NCBI GenBank assembly: GCA_028534125.1
Contig: CM052817.1
Location: 77,254,001 to 77,318,000 of the forward strand
DNA from: Lama glama
Taxonomy: Eukaryota
Length of the DNA: 64,000 nt
Direction: 5' to 3'
Below, one piece after another: positions 37,490 through 51,197 of the stretch. The position numbers and the translations under genes are program-made. The notes under the pieces were generated by a model. The model saw nothing but the letters and a program-made list of their open reading frames with translations, was not told where the DNA came from and did no database searches. How positions within the stretch are numbered: position 1 is the first letter of the stretch; the number at the start of each line of letters is the position of its first letter.

Positions 37490-37722
37490 GAGGATGGTGT
37501 GGTGGTAAAGCACTGGGGGGGTCAGGAGGAGCTGTGTTTGTGTCCTGCCTCACCACTTGACTGGTGTATGACTTTGAACCAGTTCCTTCATGAAACAGGC
37601 AGGCACAACTATGATACTTGTCTCCTGGAACTTCTGTTTATTAAGTGATAATGGATGTACAATACGTAACACTGTGCCCAGCTTGTAGTAAGCACGAAAT
37701 AAATGTGAACCATTATTATCTG
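37490..37722 (+). mobile_element. MIR SINE
   Basis: tggtgtggtggtaaagcactgg...ccacttgactggtgtatgactttg...tagtaagcac.aaataaatg. Confidence 0.75.
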
Positions 37723-40651
37723 CATTTACCAAAAGTTTCTATAATGTGTATTCCTGTTGTATTTGAGTCATGCTATTTCTTTAATTTCTTATTTCCTATC
37801 CATTACTTTTTGTAGAAGGGTCTTGTTTAAAAAATAAACAAAGAACACAAATAATTCTGATAAAAGATGGTTTGCTATGTATCATTCTAGGTTCCAAAGA
37901 TCAATACTAGTGCTACTCTAAAAGAATATTGATAGGAAAAAATCACGCATGATACAAAACCCTTGGTAGATGTCCGAAATCAGGATGAATTAAAGAAAGA
38001 AAAAAAAGAAATTCTGAAACTAAAACTGAACAATTAAAAGGAAAAAAAAAAGAGGCAATAAATATTAGAACCAGATTTGAACTACTAGTATATCTTGCAA
38101 GCAACTTTATGTATATCTTAGGCAGGAGACATTGAAACATATCTTAGTTGGATGAGTCAAGAAAGTAAGATGTGTTGTCCATATGTATTAAGATAAAGAT
38201 ATTAGAAGCCAAGTCATGACAACCTAAGGTAATTGCTATACAGGTTTTAAAAAATAAGATAATGTGCCCCAAACTGTCCTGTATAATTATCTTCTACAGT
38301 TCCATGTCATAATGACTTCAAAACTAGTTTTGTGACATATGTAGAATCGAAATTGTCAACAATTTGTCCCACAGAAGTTTTTCTTATGGCTGTTTTTAAA
38401 GCAGCTACTGACTGAATAGTTTAACACTCTTTTCATTAAAATACCTAGGAAAAGCAAGATATGTCTGTGGGGCATTGTAGATAACGGCATGTTGGGGATC
38501 ACGGGGATCACGTGGTCATCTACAAAGCTAACCAGAGTTAGACTGAATGAAAAGAAAGGGGTGGGGGAGGGCACATGAAGCAACTTTCATCCAGAAAGTT
38601 CCCTACGTAATAAGTAGGTCCAGAGGCCATCAACTTAAAAATATGTGTTCTGCTCTAGTGTATATGGTTTTATTTTCTGTGTGAGACCTAACTTTGAAGG
38701 TCTAGAAAGAAAGGTAAGACATTAGGCAAAACTAGCACTTTCTTGCCAAATGAGGGCTCACGATGTGCTGCTGGGTGAGCTCCAATGCTATTTTGAATAC
38801 AGGTGACAGATGATGAGGAGAGGTCCTGACTTTCTCGTTTTTCCTGCGACCTAGTTTTAGAAATCTGCCACCCCAAAAAAAGAAAACAGCTCTCAAAAGG
38901 ATTCCACACTCTGGCAGTGAGACCCTGTGTTAGCCCGTTCTCCTGCGTGTGCCTCCACATCATTTGCTCCCTCTCTGTCGTGTTCTGACCATAAAATTAC
39001 AGCAGTGATTGGTTATTCCTTTTATGCTCTTTAAACTTTATTGGAGTCAGTATAGTGCATTTTCTGTCTTCATTAATAATGTTGGAGATTGTAAAATCCT
39101 GGAAAGTTACACTAAGGTATGCATGTTTTTTTTCTAAATGTCTTACGTAAAGTGCTGAAAGAATGCCACGAGTATTTCAAGAATGAAATCAATAAAAGTC
39201 TTTGTTTTTCTGTAAAAATCAGTATGGCTAAAAGAAATACATTTAAGCTAGGATTTTTGGGTCAAGCACTTTGAGTTGACTAATTTTTCACTGAATTGAT
39301 TAGTTGTCTTGCTTTTATGAAGTTATAGCTAAAATTTTTGACCAAACACTCTTCTTAATCTCTCTGTTCTATCAAGATGAGGTTTTTTTGCTGGTGGTTT
39401 AAGTTTTACAAGAAATCACATTCTTACTTGGCTTTAAGTCAGTTTATTTCACCTTGAGACAGATTGAATTCTATGAACTTTAGAGTCTCTGGTGATAAAC
39501 TTCTCCGTCATCTCTGTATTATTTCTTTTGCAGCCAGATGGGGAAAATGGTTTACATCAGGCACAATGTATATTTGAACAATAAGGTCACAAGCAGAGTT
39601 ATATTACCTTTTATGGGCAGTGAGACATGTAACGTGTTGCAGCCTTCCCCTTTAAGCTGCATAGCAAATGGGACACAGCACTTTGTTTTTATGCCTGGAT
39701 TCCTATATGATACTATTTTCTAAGCATATTCATGTCAACAACCTGAGCCTCATTTAAAGCAGCATTTCCTCTTAAACTGTAGAGGAGGAGGATGACCTTT
39801 ATTCAGTCCTCTTCAGTTTGATTAAGTCCACCTGAAATAAGTTTATTGCCTCAAACTCGGCTCTTATCCTCTGTGTCTTGAGCTCTCTTCCCCTCTCTGT
39901 ATGGGGGGGGAAATCAGTACTCCGTCAGTGAGGTCTGGCCCAGAAGAAGAAATCATCACACTTCTGCTTTAGGATCTATTTCCTTTTTAAAAGGCAATTT
40001 TGAACTATATGGAAAATTAAAGCAACTTAAGGGAATGGAACAGTTTAATTCTAGCATGTGGGATATGTTTTAAATTCTGGTAGGAAATGCTTCCATATAT
40101 ATATATGTATGGGTTTTTTTTTTCTTTTTAGGACAGTGTAGTTGAGGAGTTAGCATGATTTAAATAATAATGAGAGACTGGATACCATTATCACCATGGT
40201 CTAAATTGCTTTCTGTTTAGCGTCGCCCTAGTTTTGAGGATCTGATTAATGTTTGGCATTTCCAGCAAAACATAAAGAATTTTAAATGTCTGTGATGGTC
40301 CAAAAGGAAACTTCTTTGGCTAGTTAACTCTGTAAGCAAAAGCAAAAAACAAAAAACAAAAAACAAAAAACCCTCTTCTTTTCTCTCTGTAAAAATTGTT
40401 TAAAGAGTGGTTCAAAGTGTCTGGTTTAGAGCTCACTTAATATTTCCAACAGTGGCTATGAGAGATGGGATTTTTAAAGTTCGTTGATTGCACTAATATG
40501 ATCCAGATTGTTAAGATCTTGGTTCATAGGAACAACATTAAGAACAAATTAATCAAGTACAGGATAAAAATCAGCAGTAGGAATAAAAGGTAAATATTCT
40601 TAAGGAAAGAAGCAGTTGGGACATACAGTGCTCGGGAGCCATGTTTTATTG

Positions 40652-40819
40652 GAGTGGTTCTCAAACTCAAGAGTGTATAGTGATAACCTGGTGGGCTTGT
40701 TAAACCAAACATCACTGTTTCCACCCCCACAGTTCTGATCCAGGAGGTCTGGGATAAGGTCCAATAATTTGTCTTTCTAATAAATTCTAAGGTCCAGGAA
40801 CCACACTCAAAACTACTGT
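40652..40819. mobile_element. MER5A-like hAT MITE
   Basis: agtggttctcaaact...cctggtgggcttgttaaa...ttctgat.cag.aggtctggg...ggaaccacact..aaactactg. Confidence 0.8.
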
Positions 40820-41201
40820 TCCATCAAAACAGGCTATCCTGGGATCAGAGTGCAAACTGAGTGCTCTCCCGTTGGTGCTTTTGGCCCCAGGTAATGTACC
40901 TCTCCTGGCCCCAAAATGGAAAGAGGGTATTTTTCTCCTTCAAATGCCATATTCCTGGAATCATGATCATTTCCCACTTTCTTTTTTTATTCCAGAAGTA
41001 CTTTCTCCACCATATCCGTCCCCTAATTGTACATGGAGAATTCATATACATATACAAGTTTTTATTACAGTGTGGAAAGAACTGATGTACATCAATTTAC
41101 AATGAAGGTAAATTACAAGCACATCATGTCATGTTAGTTGGTTAGCTTGTCACAGGCTTAAAGCATTGAATAAGCACTTAGACTTGCTCCTCTCTGGTTA
41201 G

Positions 41202-41360
41202 CAGTGAAGGGTCTTTCTTGATCTAACCCACTGGAGAGTTTTAAAATAACAAAGCTTGGGTCCCACCTCGGACAAATTACATAAAAATCTCTGAATGGGG
41301 ACTTGGTAATTAAATCTTGCCCAGGTAGTTCTAATGTGCGGCCAGGGTTAAGAACCATTG
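41202..41360. mobile_element. MER5-family MITE
   Basis: ttgggtcccacc...aatctctg...cccaggt.gttctaatgtgcggccagggttaagaaccattg. Confidence 0.75.
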
Positions 41361-41369
41361 GTGACCCTA

Positions 41370-41628
41370 ACCATGTATTCTCACTGGTAATCAGTGGGAT
41401 GAGATCGCCCCTGTGGGGAGGAAACTTAGTTCTTGAGGGGCAAAAAACAAAACAAAACAAAACAAAAACTTAGCTGTTATACTGGTCTGTGGGCCTCCAA
41501 AGGGCCACAACACATAAATGTATGGTGTGTAGCACATCTGCAGTACTAGCATTTCATGGGGATGAGGACAATTAGGAAAAAAGACTCCTCAGAAAATGAT
41601 CATGAAAAACAGATTGAGAAATAACTGC
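41370..41628. mobile_element. hAT-Charlie-type DNA transposon relic
   Basis: Ends ...aaaaacagattgagaaataactg; internal ggcctccaaagggccaca; subfamily uncertain. Confidence 0.5.
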
Positions 41629-43674
41629 TTTAAACCCTGGGAGACTGCTGTTAGTTTTCAATACTCCAACTTCCCTTTAAAATCTAGTGCAAATCTATTT
41701 GGGGCTCTTGTAGATAGTGGTAGGGAAAAATATCATTTTAAAATTCTATCACATGTTGATCATCTAGCTAGGTGCTTTTACATATAGTATCGAGTTAATT
41801 CTTACTACCCTGTATTTTTCCTCTACAACATTCATCAAAATTATGATTAGTTTTGCTTCATTCTGGCTTTGTAATATTTTATTTTGGTCGGTTTGCATCA
41901 AAGGTGTGCTCAAAAGAAAAGCAAGTTATTATCTCTAGGAATTATCTAAACTGAGAAAGGCAGTGTCTCTCCAGTCAGTGAGGTCCCAGATGTCAGAGCA
42001 CGAAGAATACAGGAAATAATAAAATATAGTTAATGTAGTTAAATATAGTTAATATAGAGTTGTGTCCCTGAAAGTCAGAACCATTATACAAATTGTGGAA
42101 AAGGAGGAAGATATTCGAATGTGCAAATAATGTAACCAGGCATTATTAAGGTCCATTTCTACATAAATAGAAAGTTGTACCCAAGTATAAAGTTGTTCAA
42201 GTCTTCATGCATTTGTGTGCATAAATTGAGAAAAATCATCCTTCCTAAACAGTGAGATCTTTTGGGAGGGAGCTGGAGGAGGGAGGATTTGACTGACATT
42301 ATGGCCTAATTAATTCTGTCTCTGATCTTATTTCTCTTTGTGCTTGGTTTGTAAAGAGACGCTATGTAACAATGCAAGTTCAGAGCAGATACTTTCTGTT
42401 ACCAGGCAGTACAGTACATGGAGAGACAGCAAGTTTGTTGGGACCCAAGAGTGAAAATATATAGCTTCCAAATTGGACCAGGAATTTTATTATTGCTGTC
42501 ATGTTATTTTTACTGTTCAGCAAAAAGAAGGCAACATTTCACTCTGAAAAGAAACTAGACTATGCAGTCATCTAGGCCAGGGTTGGAATTCTAACTGAGC
42601 TGTTTACTATGTAACCTTGGGCTACATATGTTACTTCTCCAAACATGAGTTTTTTCATCATAAAATGTAAATTATATCTGTTCTTGAGATTGGAAACAAT
42701 TGAGGAGCAAAACATGGGAAACAGAAGAAGATTTAAATGTAAAAAATTTTAAATGAAATTAAGCCCAGTTTGAGGATGTAGCCAAGATGTACAGCCATAA
42801 TGAGCTTCTTAATATTTTACCTCAGCATTAAACTTCCCCACTCAGGCCCAGGCAAAGCTGGGAGAGCCCACTCTTCTCAACTTAGCACGTGTACTAACTG
42901 AGAACAGATCCTGAGTAAAGGGTCTTCTGAAGGGGGAAGAGCAAGAGGGGGCTGACCTGAGCTAGGCTTGCTCAGGACCTTCTGCCAGACTCAACCACCA
43001 GGCAAGGCCCTCCTCCTCCAAGAGTGAGTGAGGAGTGGTAAAGAGGAGACAATAGGTCCCCACCTCCTCACCCTGGAAAAACCAGAAGTGGGGACGGAAA
43101 GCCCCTTACACTAGTGTGAGGATTATTATGAAGATAGATTACAGTTAATGTAGGCAGGATGCCCAGCCAGAGCATAGGCATTTTAAATAGAAAGAGATAA
43201 ATTCGCCAAGACTTCATTTATCACGTACAGATTATGCCTTCTTCTGATACTGAATTTCATGAAGTAGCTCTCTTTTTAATCTTTTTTCTCTTATATAAGA
43301 CTCAACACTAAACTTTTTTTTGTTTTTCATTAAATGTTGATTTAGATATTATGAATAAACTTTTTAATTTATGAGAAAAGGGGATGATCTGGCTGAATCT
43401 GAGTTACTTGTAATTGTGTATTCTGAATGAACTCATTGATTTTATATAAGATTCTCAAATTTCATTTCAGTAAGACTAGATTGGTGAAAATGCCAGAAAT
43501 AATGTAATAGCAATCTGTAAACACAAGTATTAAATCTTACTATTCAGTTGTTCTTGTTGGTATTTTAGTTGATCACACTGGATGGTATTTAATTCATCTT
43601 TCCAGACAGAACAATTAAGCACATTCTCATTATTACACATACAGGTAAACAAAAGAGAGTTTGGTAGTTTTCAG

Positions 43675-43900
43675 CAATGATACTAAAATGTACCATTAAT
43701 CAAGTGCTTTATGTGTCAGGCCCTGTGCCAGGTGCTTTATAAAGCTTTGTTTCTAATCCTAGAACAACCCCAGAGGGAATGATCATTATCCTAATTTTAT
43801 AAAAGAGAAAACTGAAGCTCAGAGAGGTTGAGTAATTTTCCTAAAGTTACACATATATATCGAAACTAGTAAAGTCAGGATTCTAACCTGCAAAGCCCAC
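43675..43900 (-). mobile_element. MIR SINE
   Basis: tatgtgtcaggccctgtgccaggtgcttta...aaactgaagctcagagaggttgagtaat. Confidence 0.85.
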
Positions 43901-45484
43901 GTTCTTTCCTTTAAATAAGTCCTTCTGCCTCCCCCTAAAAAGAATCTAATGTGAAAAGAAAGAAAACAAGGTTGTAGTTCCATTAGTGTAACCAACAAGT
44001 GGCCTTGGAACTTCACTTAATGGACGTGTAATAAAGGATAGTAAGACAACCCTTTTTTAACCCTCACACATGAGTTTAAACACATTATTCATTTCAGCTA
44101 TAACGTTTGGTAGATTCCTCCAAACTACACTGAAAGTTTAGAGAAAATGAAACAAGTTTACTAGCATTGATTCTAATTTGAAGGTTTTAATGAGCACGCC
44201 CTTGTTTCTAAAGTTCTACAATACCCTGTACTTCTTTCACTGGATTCATCACATTGGGACAGGATAGATGTTCATTATTCATTGATTATTTGAATGGATT
44301 AATTAATGACCAAAGGTACAGAGTTCTCAGAAATGAGTGTTAGAGAGTATCAACTTCAGGCGAGAATAGGAGAGACTCTGCAGGACCCAGCCTTTTTCCG
44401 ATTGTAGCCATTCCTTTTCAAAATCAAAAAATTGCTCATTATTATGCACACCATGAAGCTCTCAATATTTTGTGCCAAATAAAATATATATTGTCATATT
44501 TTCGTAATTTGCATTTATAATTGCAAAATCACCCTGCTTATTATAGATTCCTAGGAATTAATATAGACTGCCAAAGACCACCAAAGTGAAGATCATAAGC
44601 CAGCATGAAATTGAGTATTGATGAGCTCCAAGAAGAATCAGAGATACTGATCTCCTGTGGTCCTCTTGAATGAATTTTTCTCTAACAAGACTGGACTCCT
44701 CTGGGCTTGATGAGGAATGCGTCAGAATGCAGTAAGGTGGAGCAGAGCCTGTGTTCCTTTCTCCTCTCCCAGAAGGCCGAAATTCCTGCTCAGGTCCTTG
44801 TCCATCTCTGCCCTCCTGGCCCACATCTGCCTACATGGTGTCTACAGCTCTCTCTTCAGATTCCCTAACTTCTCCTTAGCATCACCAATTATTTATGCTT
44901 TTATTCTGATGTAGATTTTACTGTGTTATAAAATCACATTTTAATTTCAGATTTTAAAAATATCTAAGTATATGAATTTTGATATGATCATATTTGACAG
45001 CCTGTATACATCTTTTAAAACAAAAGAAGGCAATTTGCTTACAGATGTGCCTTGAATGTCTTCAAAAGTTCAACAACATTTCCCACCCCTCCCCCTCTTT
45101 TTTTTTTAACTTCAGGAAGATTATTCATGGGGGGAAGTCCTAGAGCGTATTTCCAAACTAAATACAAGTTGTAACACAAAGTACCCTTTTATATAGACTT
45201 GTCATTGCCATCTAGGGAATATGTATGTCTCAAAAGTGAAACGATGCTCAACTAAAAAAGGGCATTTCTATTCTGGTCAAAGTCTTGACTGAAATTAACA
45301 TTGTTGCCCATCTCTCTGTCTCAGAAGAACAGCCACATGCAGTCAGGAAAAGAAAGAGCAGCTGAAGGAACTCTAGGCAGTATTCAGGCATAAAACTGAG
45401 CTAGAGAGAAACATATATATTCTTGAAATAGATGGTATTCCCACACTTCCCATATTAACTGGTTAGGTGATCAACTGTCTTTCC

Positions 45485-45545
45485 AGATATAGATATATAT
45501 ACATATAGATGTAGATATAGTATGTGGATATATATATTGATATGT
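45485..45545. repeat. Degenerate TA/GATA microsatellite
   Basis: gatatagatatatatacatatagatgtagatatagtatgtggatatatatat. Confidence 0.7.
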
Positions 45546-45599
45546 GTGCATCTATCTTTCCTTATCTATAGCTTTACACAGGGAAATATGTAACAAAGA

Positions 45600-45830
45600 A
45601 TAATTACTAACACTTATAAAATACTTACTACGTGCCAGGCACTGCCTAAGCATCTTACACGTATTAACTCACTTAATCCTATGAGGGAAGTATAATATTA
45701 TCATTTTTTCAGATGAGGAAACTGAGGTGTAATAAAACACATTGCCCAAGATCACATAGATAGTAGTGATGACCTGAACCCAGACAGTCTGGCTCCAGAT
45801 TTCATGCTCTTTACCACCATGCCAAACTGC
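45600..45830 (-). mobile_element. MIR SINE
   Basis: cttactacgtgccaggcactg...cagatgaggaaactgagg...ttgcccaagatcaca...gaacccagacagtctggctccaga. Confidence 0.9.
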
Positions 45831-45999
45831 TCTGTCCTTAGAGAAGTTACAACATAATGGGAAGTGTAAATATTCACATACGAGAAGTTAAATGATCACT
45901 CAATTCCACAATATGAAATGTCTCACAATAGCATGTGCTTAGATGGTGCATGGGCTCTGAGGCTGCAGATACAGAGGATGTGCTTCTCCCACCTGTTTT

Positions 46000-46985
46000 A
46001 CTGTGGACTGAGGTAACCAGCAGAAGCTTCTCAGGAAGAGAAGAATTGAAGAATTAGGCCTTTTTAACTGGAAGAATTGGATGAGAGAAGCAGAGAACAG
46101 AAGGCATTCTGGGTGAGAGGAAGGGCTTGAGCCAATATTCGGAGATCAAAATGCACAAAGCATTGTTATAGGGGAGCAGTAAGAAGACCCGTCTACCCAA
46201 AGCAACAAGTTTAAGCAGAGAAAAATAGGAGGTGTGTTTCCCAAAGGTTGTTTAAATCCAGATGTTACAAGGATGTGACTGTCAGGCAAAGAATTTGTAC
46301 TTCATTTCATAGATAAAGCTGAGTTGTCTTAAGAGGTCAAGAGCAAGAGTGGGAAAGTAAAAAAAAGTATTTGGGGAATATTAATCTGGCAACCATGTGC
46401 AAGAAATGAACGGATAAGAAAAAGGAAGCAGGGCCTTGCTCAGAAGTTTGTGCATTTTTCAAGATGAGGGCCTGGAATTCAACAGATATGTTTTAAATAA
46501 ATAAAAAGGAAGGCATAAATTCTAGAACTAGTACTAAGGAAATATGAGTAGCAATTATCTGAATTGTTATGGAAACCTAAGGGGAAAACATCAAAGATTA
46601 TTTCAAAGGGTTTTAACCTGGGAAACACAGAGTAAGATGGAATCCAAATGAAAAGTAGAAACAAACTGGAAATGAAGAGAGAGATTAGGGATTTGAAGAC
46701 AGATTTAGAAGCCATCTCACAGAGGGGGACCGATTTTGAAGAGAGACTAGGGGACTGATAAAGCTTTAGGTAATATCCATGGGAGAGGACTAGGAAGTAG
46801 AAGGAAAGTTCATGAAGGAAATTGAGAAGATGCAGTTATTAAAGTAGAAGCTGTGGAGCATCAGGATGGTGTAAGCTTTGTGGAAGCCAAGGAAGGAAGT
46901 AGTTTCAATAAGTAAACTATGGTCAACAGTTCCAGGAGCTGAAGGGAGGAAAAGAATGAGAATGTAGAAAAAAGTCACTGAGCCA
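46000..46985 (-). mobile_element. L2 relic
   Basis: ggcattctgggtgagagg, caggcaaagaatttgtacttcat, tggaagccaaggaagga, atggtcaacagt. Confidence 0.7.
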
Positions 46986-47544
46986 GCACTGGCACACTCA
47001 AATTACACAGTGTATATGTAGTGGACCCAACTTCATTCTGTCAACTTATTTTAATTTTGTCAACATAAAAATTATTCCTCATTGGGCAAATCAGTTTTTA
47101 TTTAGACAGCCAATCAATAATGCTTATTGAGCACTCATAACAAAACAACAGGGAGGAAGCTCGGTGGGAGAGGTGGAGGCAAGTGTTAACTCACAGTAAA
47201 ATGTTTTCTGAACTGTAGGCCTAGGGTGATCTTAGTTCTAATTTCCTTTTCTTTAGACACAGAGAGAGTAGATGCTGGAAGGTGAGATGGTGATAAGAAG
47301 CTTATGAATCAATCACACAACAAATCCCTACAGTGTCCTGGCAAATTTGATCCATGTAATTGATCTTTGAAACTGGAGTCTTTATTTGGAAAAACCATTC
47401 CCCGCAAACGCAGGGACCTAGTAAGTGCTGCTGATTTGAAAGGCTCTTGAGAATCAGTGAAGAGAAGAAGGCTTGGGTCCATCAATATGCCCACCCATGC
47501 AGCCAGGAGCCATGTTTCACATCTCTCTGGTCTTCATTCTGTAT

Positions 47545-47760
47545 GACCTAGTATTTAAGAATATGCGCTTGGGAATCAGGTCTGGATTCAAACCCCAGCT
47601 CCTCCGTTTATCAGAATTGTGATTTGGAAAGCCAATTAATCCCTCTGGACTTTATTTTTGTCATCTGTGAAGATGGAAGTAATAATTCTATATCAAAGAT
47701 TATCGTTAAATGCTCTGTTCACGTGACACACTAAATACATGGTAGCTACTCTAATTATTA
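47545..47760 (+). mobile_element. MIR SINE
   Basis: tctggattcaaaccccagctcc...tcatctgtgaagatggaagtaataat. Confidence 0.75.
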
Positions 47761-47879
47761 TTTAAGGAGGTCCGATGGAAAGAATGGTGATTATCCTAGT
47801 GGATTATGAAGCCAGAGTAGTGTTAGAAGGTCTCAATCCTGATTTCTTTACTATACGATAAAATGACTTGCATCTTTAA

Positions 47880-48070
47880 ATTTTTTCAAAGCCGTTCCAC
47901 GTCTGCTAATACATGTTATTCTCAGAACAAACCTGCGAATGAGTCAGTGTGTTTGTTACTGCTCTTATTTTGCAGATGGAGAAAGAGGGCATTAGAAGAG
48001 GGCAAGGATTTGTTTCAGTCACAAAATGAGGTCACAGGGCCCGCACTGGAACCCAGGGCTGTTCATTCCT
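47880..48070 (-). mobile_element. MIR SINE
   Basis: attttgcagatggagaaa.gaggc...ggaacccagggct. Confidence 0.6.
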
Positions 48071-49959
48071 GTCAGAGCCTGATGGGAAAAGTCAAGAATC
48101 TGCTGCCACTTTTCTTGCCAAAATACCCCTCCACTTATGCAGTGAACACAATGCAGAGATGAGCTAACTCTCTAGTCACATCAAAGAGCTCCTTGTTGAA
48201 CTTTTGACTTTTGGCAAGTCGTGCATCATTTCTTAGCCTGAGCAATTCTTTGACACTTTGCCTGCCTGAATTTTTCTTTTTCAAGGCATTTTTCAGTTTA
48301 CTCTTAGCATTCTTGAATAGTAGGTATTATTTTCATCCTTCTCACACCTCAGAAAAACATATGGTTTGTTATGTTTCCATTAGTCAGCATTACCCATCCA
48401 AATACTTACTTAAATCAGAATATTGGCCTGGATATATGTGGTGTGTGTACAGTTGTGGGGTCAGCGGGAGGGAAGGGTGGTTGACAAGGGGAAAAGCATA
48501 AGTGAAATTTAACCTCAAAGACTTTGAGACATGTCCTATTACTTTAAATCTTCCAATTTTAAGGATAAAATATATGCTTTTCTTCAATTTTGTACACTCA
48601 GTTAACTAACTGTTCCATTATTTAGTAGATTTTGTATTTGCTTGGGAGGTATCAGGTCCTAGACAAGCAGGTCTCGGTCTTTCATAATTTTGTTTACCCT
48701 TTAGGACTCTGTGGCAGGTAGGCGTGAGAGGGGGCAATGGAGGAGAGAGGGTGAAAAGTACAAGACTGTAAGTACTGAATCCATCTCCAGCGGAGGAGAG
48801 GAGGATCCCCAGTCGCCCTGCCCTACGACTTGTCCACAGCTGTGTAAGCCGAGGGAAGCTATAGAACATTCTTCGCACCTCCTCTTGCAGTCTTCAGCCA
48901 TCTCAGGAAACAGACTGCTTCAGTCATGGTTTCCCTCCTGGAAGCAATGACTTCATTAGAAGAAAAGCAGAACTCAGATTGCTCCCCCTAGCGTTTTTGC
49001 AGGTTAAGACCTAGAGTGCCCGGCCAGCCAGTAAGGGAGCCGCACCTGGGGGGAAGTGAAAGGCTCCGTGTTCCTGCATTATGAAGTCACACATTCAGTT
49101 TTACTTTGATTTAAAATGTGTTTCTCCAAGTTTATCAATTTTTATGTTTTAAGACAGATGACCTTTTAGCCTTACATGATATATTTCTGTTCAAAGGGTT
49201 TTAGGATCTATTTGTTCATTAGTAAGTAAAGCTGAAATGCTTAAAAAGTTATTGGTAACACTGAAACTATTATTTCTATGAAAAGACAATGAATATACTT
49301 TCCCCAGGAGTGAAGATACATTTTCCATTACCATATCAGGGCATCAGAGGAAATCAGTTTCCTTGAATCATCACTCTCCATCCCTTTCACTTCACTGACC
49401 AATTACAGTGGTTTGAATCCTAAATTTAACTTTGGAAGTTTGCAGCAAGTTCCAAAGAATTTGCTAAATAGGTTTCAAATGTTAGTCCTTTGTGCCTTGG
49501 GAATGAAGAATTAAAAGAAGAAAGATGGTTGCTTTTATAGTAAAAGCTTGGCACAACATAAAAGTTTTTTTCCCTTTCTGTTTTTCCATGTGCTCACCTA
49601 AAGCAATAAATGTGTGGGTGATTACCCCTGAGTTTTCCCAGCAATCTCAAGGCAGTTTAATGGCATGGACAATGTGCTTTTTTTAAGAAGATCGCTATAA
49701 ACATTCATTTCAATTCAAGGAGTATCTCTTAAACTTACTCTGAGCCAAATCTGGAGCAAAGAAACATGAGAGATAGAAAAGAAACACAAACCCCAGGCTC
49801 TCTCTCTAGTTGTCTGTGACCTCTGCACTGCCCAGCCATTCTTTCCTAGCTCCTCGTCCTCTACCAACTTCTATGTGCTGGAGTCTCCAAGGCACTACCC
49901 TTGGAGTGTTGGCCTTGGAGGAAGCCTTTTATCTTCTCTATCTACACTCTCTCCCTAGG

Positions 49960-50433
49960 TGTAGTGGGTTGAATGGTGGCCCCCAAAGAGGTATGTCAAC
50001 ATCCTAATTTCCAGAAGTTGTATTACCTCATTTTGGAAAAGAGGTCTTTGCAGTTGTAGTTAAGTTAAGGAATCTGAGATGAAGAGATCATCCTGGATTA
50101 TTCAGGTTGGTCTTATATCCAATGACAAGTGTCCTCATAAGAGAAACACAGGGGAGATTTGACAGACAGAGGAGGAGGAGGCAATGTGACCAAAGAGGTG
50201 GAGCTTGGAGAGATGTGGCCACAAGGTCACAACACAAATGAAGGATTACTGGCAGCCCTCAGAAGCTAGAAGTGAGGAATGGACTCTCCCCTAGAGTCTC
50301 CAGAGGGAGTGCAATCCCTGAGACACCTTGATTTTGGACTTCTGGCTTCCAGACTGTGAAAGAATGCATTTCTGTTGTATTAAGCCACCAGTTTGTCCTT
50401 AGTCTGTTGCAGCATCCACAGGAAATGAATAAG
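49960..50433 (+). mobile_element. MaLR solo LTR (MLT1C/D-like)
   Basis: tgtagtgggttgaatggtggccccc...gtctttgcag.tgta.ttaagttaagg...gacaccttgattttggacttctggcttccagactgtga; 5-bp TSD ctagg/ttagg. Confidence 0.92.
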
Positions 50434-50974
50434 TTAGGTAATGCCATCTAGCTTTCATCTTCAGATCTCATCTCTAGATTTAAATCTCCAATCCTGACCC
50501 TCCTCTGGGTGCCACACTCATACATCTAACTGCCTGCCTCATGTTTGTACTTGGATATCTAATGGACATCTCAAACTTAATACGGCCAACAGAATTCTTG
50601 GTTTCCAACTCCTGCACTCATAAATCTGTTTGAAGTCTTCCCCATCAAAAAATGACACACCATCTTAGGTTTAGGGCTTAAGTCCAACTACTTCCTGGCT
50701 CCAGCAAAGAACCTTAGCATCATGCTTGATACTTTTCTTCCTCTCAACACCCTCCACCTAATTCCTAGATGAATCCTCTTGGCTACCATCTTAGCCCATC
50801 ATCACTGACCCCAGCTTCTGATTTCCTGCCTGCCTCTACTCTTGTCTTTTCCCACAAAATCCAGCATAAACTTCCTACAGTGTAACTCAGATCTTATCAT
50901 TCTCTGCCTAAGATGTTCTCATAGCTTCCCATTGCACTTAGAATAATACCCAAGTTTCATACCTTGGCCTATAG

Positions 50975-51197
50975 CAGTCGTTCTCAACTGGAGGCTATTT
51001 TGTCCTCTACAGCCTGAAAGACATTTGGCAATTTCTGGAGATATTCTTTGCTCAACACTACTAGGGAGAGCCTATTGGCATCGAGTGGGTAGAGCCCAGG
51101 AATGCTGCGACACAACCCTGCACTGCATGGAACAGGCCCCCACAACAAAGAATTATCTGGCTCCAAAAGCTGATAGTGCCAACGTTGAGGAACCCTA
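50975..51197. mobile_element. MER20 hAT-Charlie element
   Basis: Homologous to 34826-35028; degenerate 8-bp TSD gcctatag/gcctggag. Confidence 0.9.

Noticed and set aside
43590..43650. Possible 39-nt micro-exon (ttccAG...CAG|GTAAAC)
   Set aside because: Moderate splice sites only; such pairs are frequent by chance
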